A DNA stretch of 18,818 nucleotides, taken from assembly GCA_041746255.1 (NCBI GenBank), contig JBGTHM010000024.1, forward strand, positions 1 to 18,818, read 5' to 3'. The number at the start of each line of letters is the position of its first letter. Position 1 is the stretch's first letter. The translations under genes were made by a program, and so were the position numbers. This document shows positions 18,580 through 18,818 of the stretch, one piece after another. Under the pieces are notes generated by a model. That model worked only from the letters and a program-made list of their open reading frames with translations. It made no database searches and was not told the origin of the DNA. Origin of the DNA: Fibrobacteria bacterium (GTDB lineage Bacteria; Fibrobacterota; Fibrobacteria; UBA11236).

Positions 18580-18818
18580 TCAATCCAAGACTTCGGTGAC
18601 CACTCCGGCGCCCACCGTCTTGCCGCCCTCGCGGATAGCGAAACGCTGGTCTTTGGCCATCGCAATCGGAGCGATACGCTCCACGCCGATGGCGACATTG
18701 TCCCCCGGCATCACCATCTCAACTCCTTCCGGAAGCTCGATGTTGCCCGTCACGTCCGTCGTCCGAAAGTAAAACTGGGGACGATAACCCTTGAAAAAAG
18801 GGGTATGACGGCCGCCTT
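18580..18818 (-). CDS. tuf: Elongation factor Tu, 3' part (second copy; starts outside the window)
   Basis: Translates [40 protein letters not shown]...[21 protein letters not shown]; stop TGA at 18580-18582. Not in the ORF track. Confidence 0.97.
   Translation of the reverse strand, partial: GGRHTPFFKGYRPQFYFRTTDVTGNIELPEGVEMVMPGDNVAIGVERIAPIAMAKDQRFAIREGGKTVGAGVVTEVLD

Noticed and set aside
1..18818. CRISPR array, tandem repeats or rRNA
   Set aside because: None seen; all intergenic gaps are under 260 nt and non-repetitive.

Overview
Core transcription/translation cluster of a Gram-negative bacterium. The L7/L12 N-terminus and the style of the accessory proteins suggest Fibrobacterota/FCB group, but this is an unverified inference. 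Reading the minus strand from the right end, the order is tuf (3' part), tRNA-Trp, secE, nusG, rplK, rplA, rplJ, rplL, rpoB, rpoC, rpsL, rpsG, a ~4 kb insert, a highly divergent EF-G-like GTPase, and a second tuf (5' end). The str operon is broken: a bidirectional terminator follows rpsG, and a three-gene module sits between rpsG and the fusA-position gene. The module is a cupin-AraC regulator divergent from a predicted outer-membrane beta-barrel protein and a secreted ThuA-like protein. The fusA-position gene keeps all GTPase motifs but has lost the conserved domain IV translocation loops. rpmG is absent from its common position after tuf, and the tRNA-Trp has a U1-U72 mismatch.
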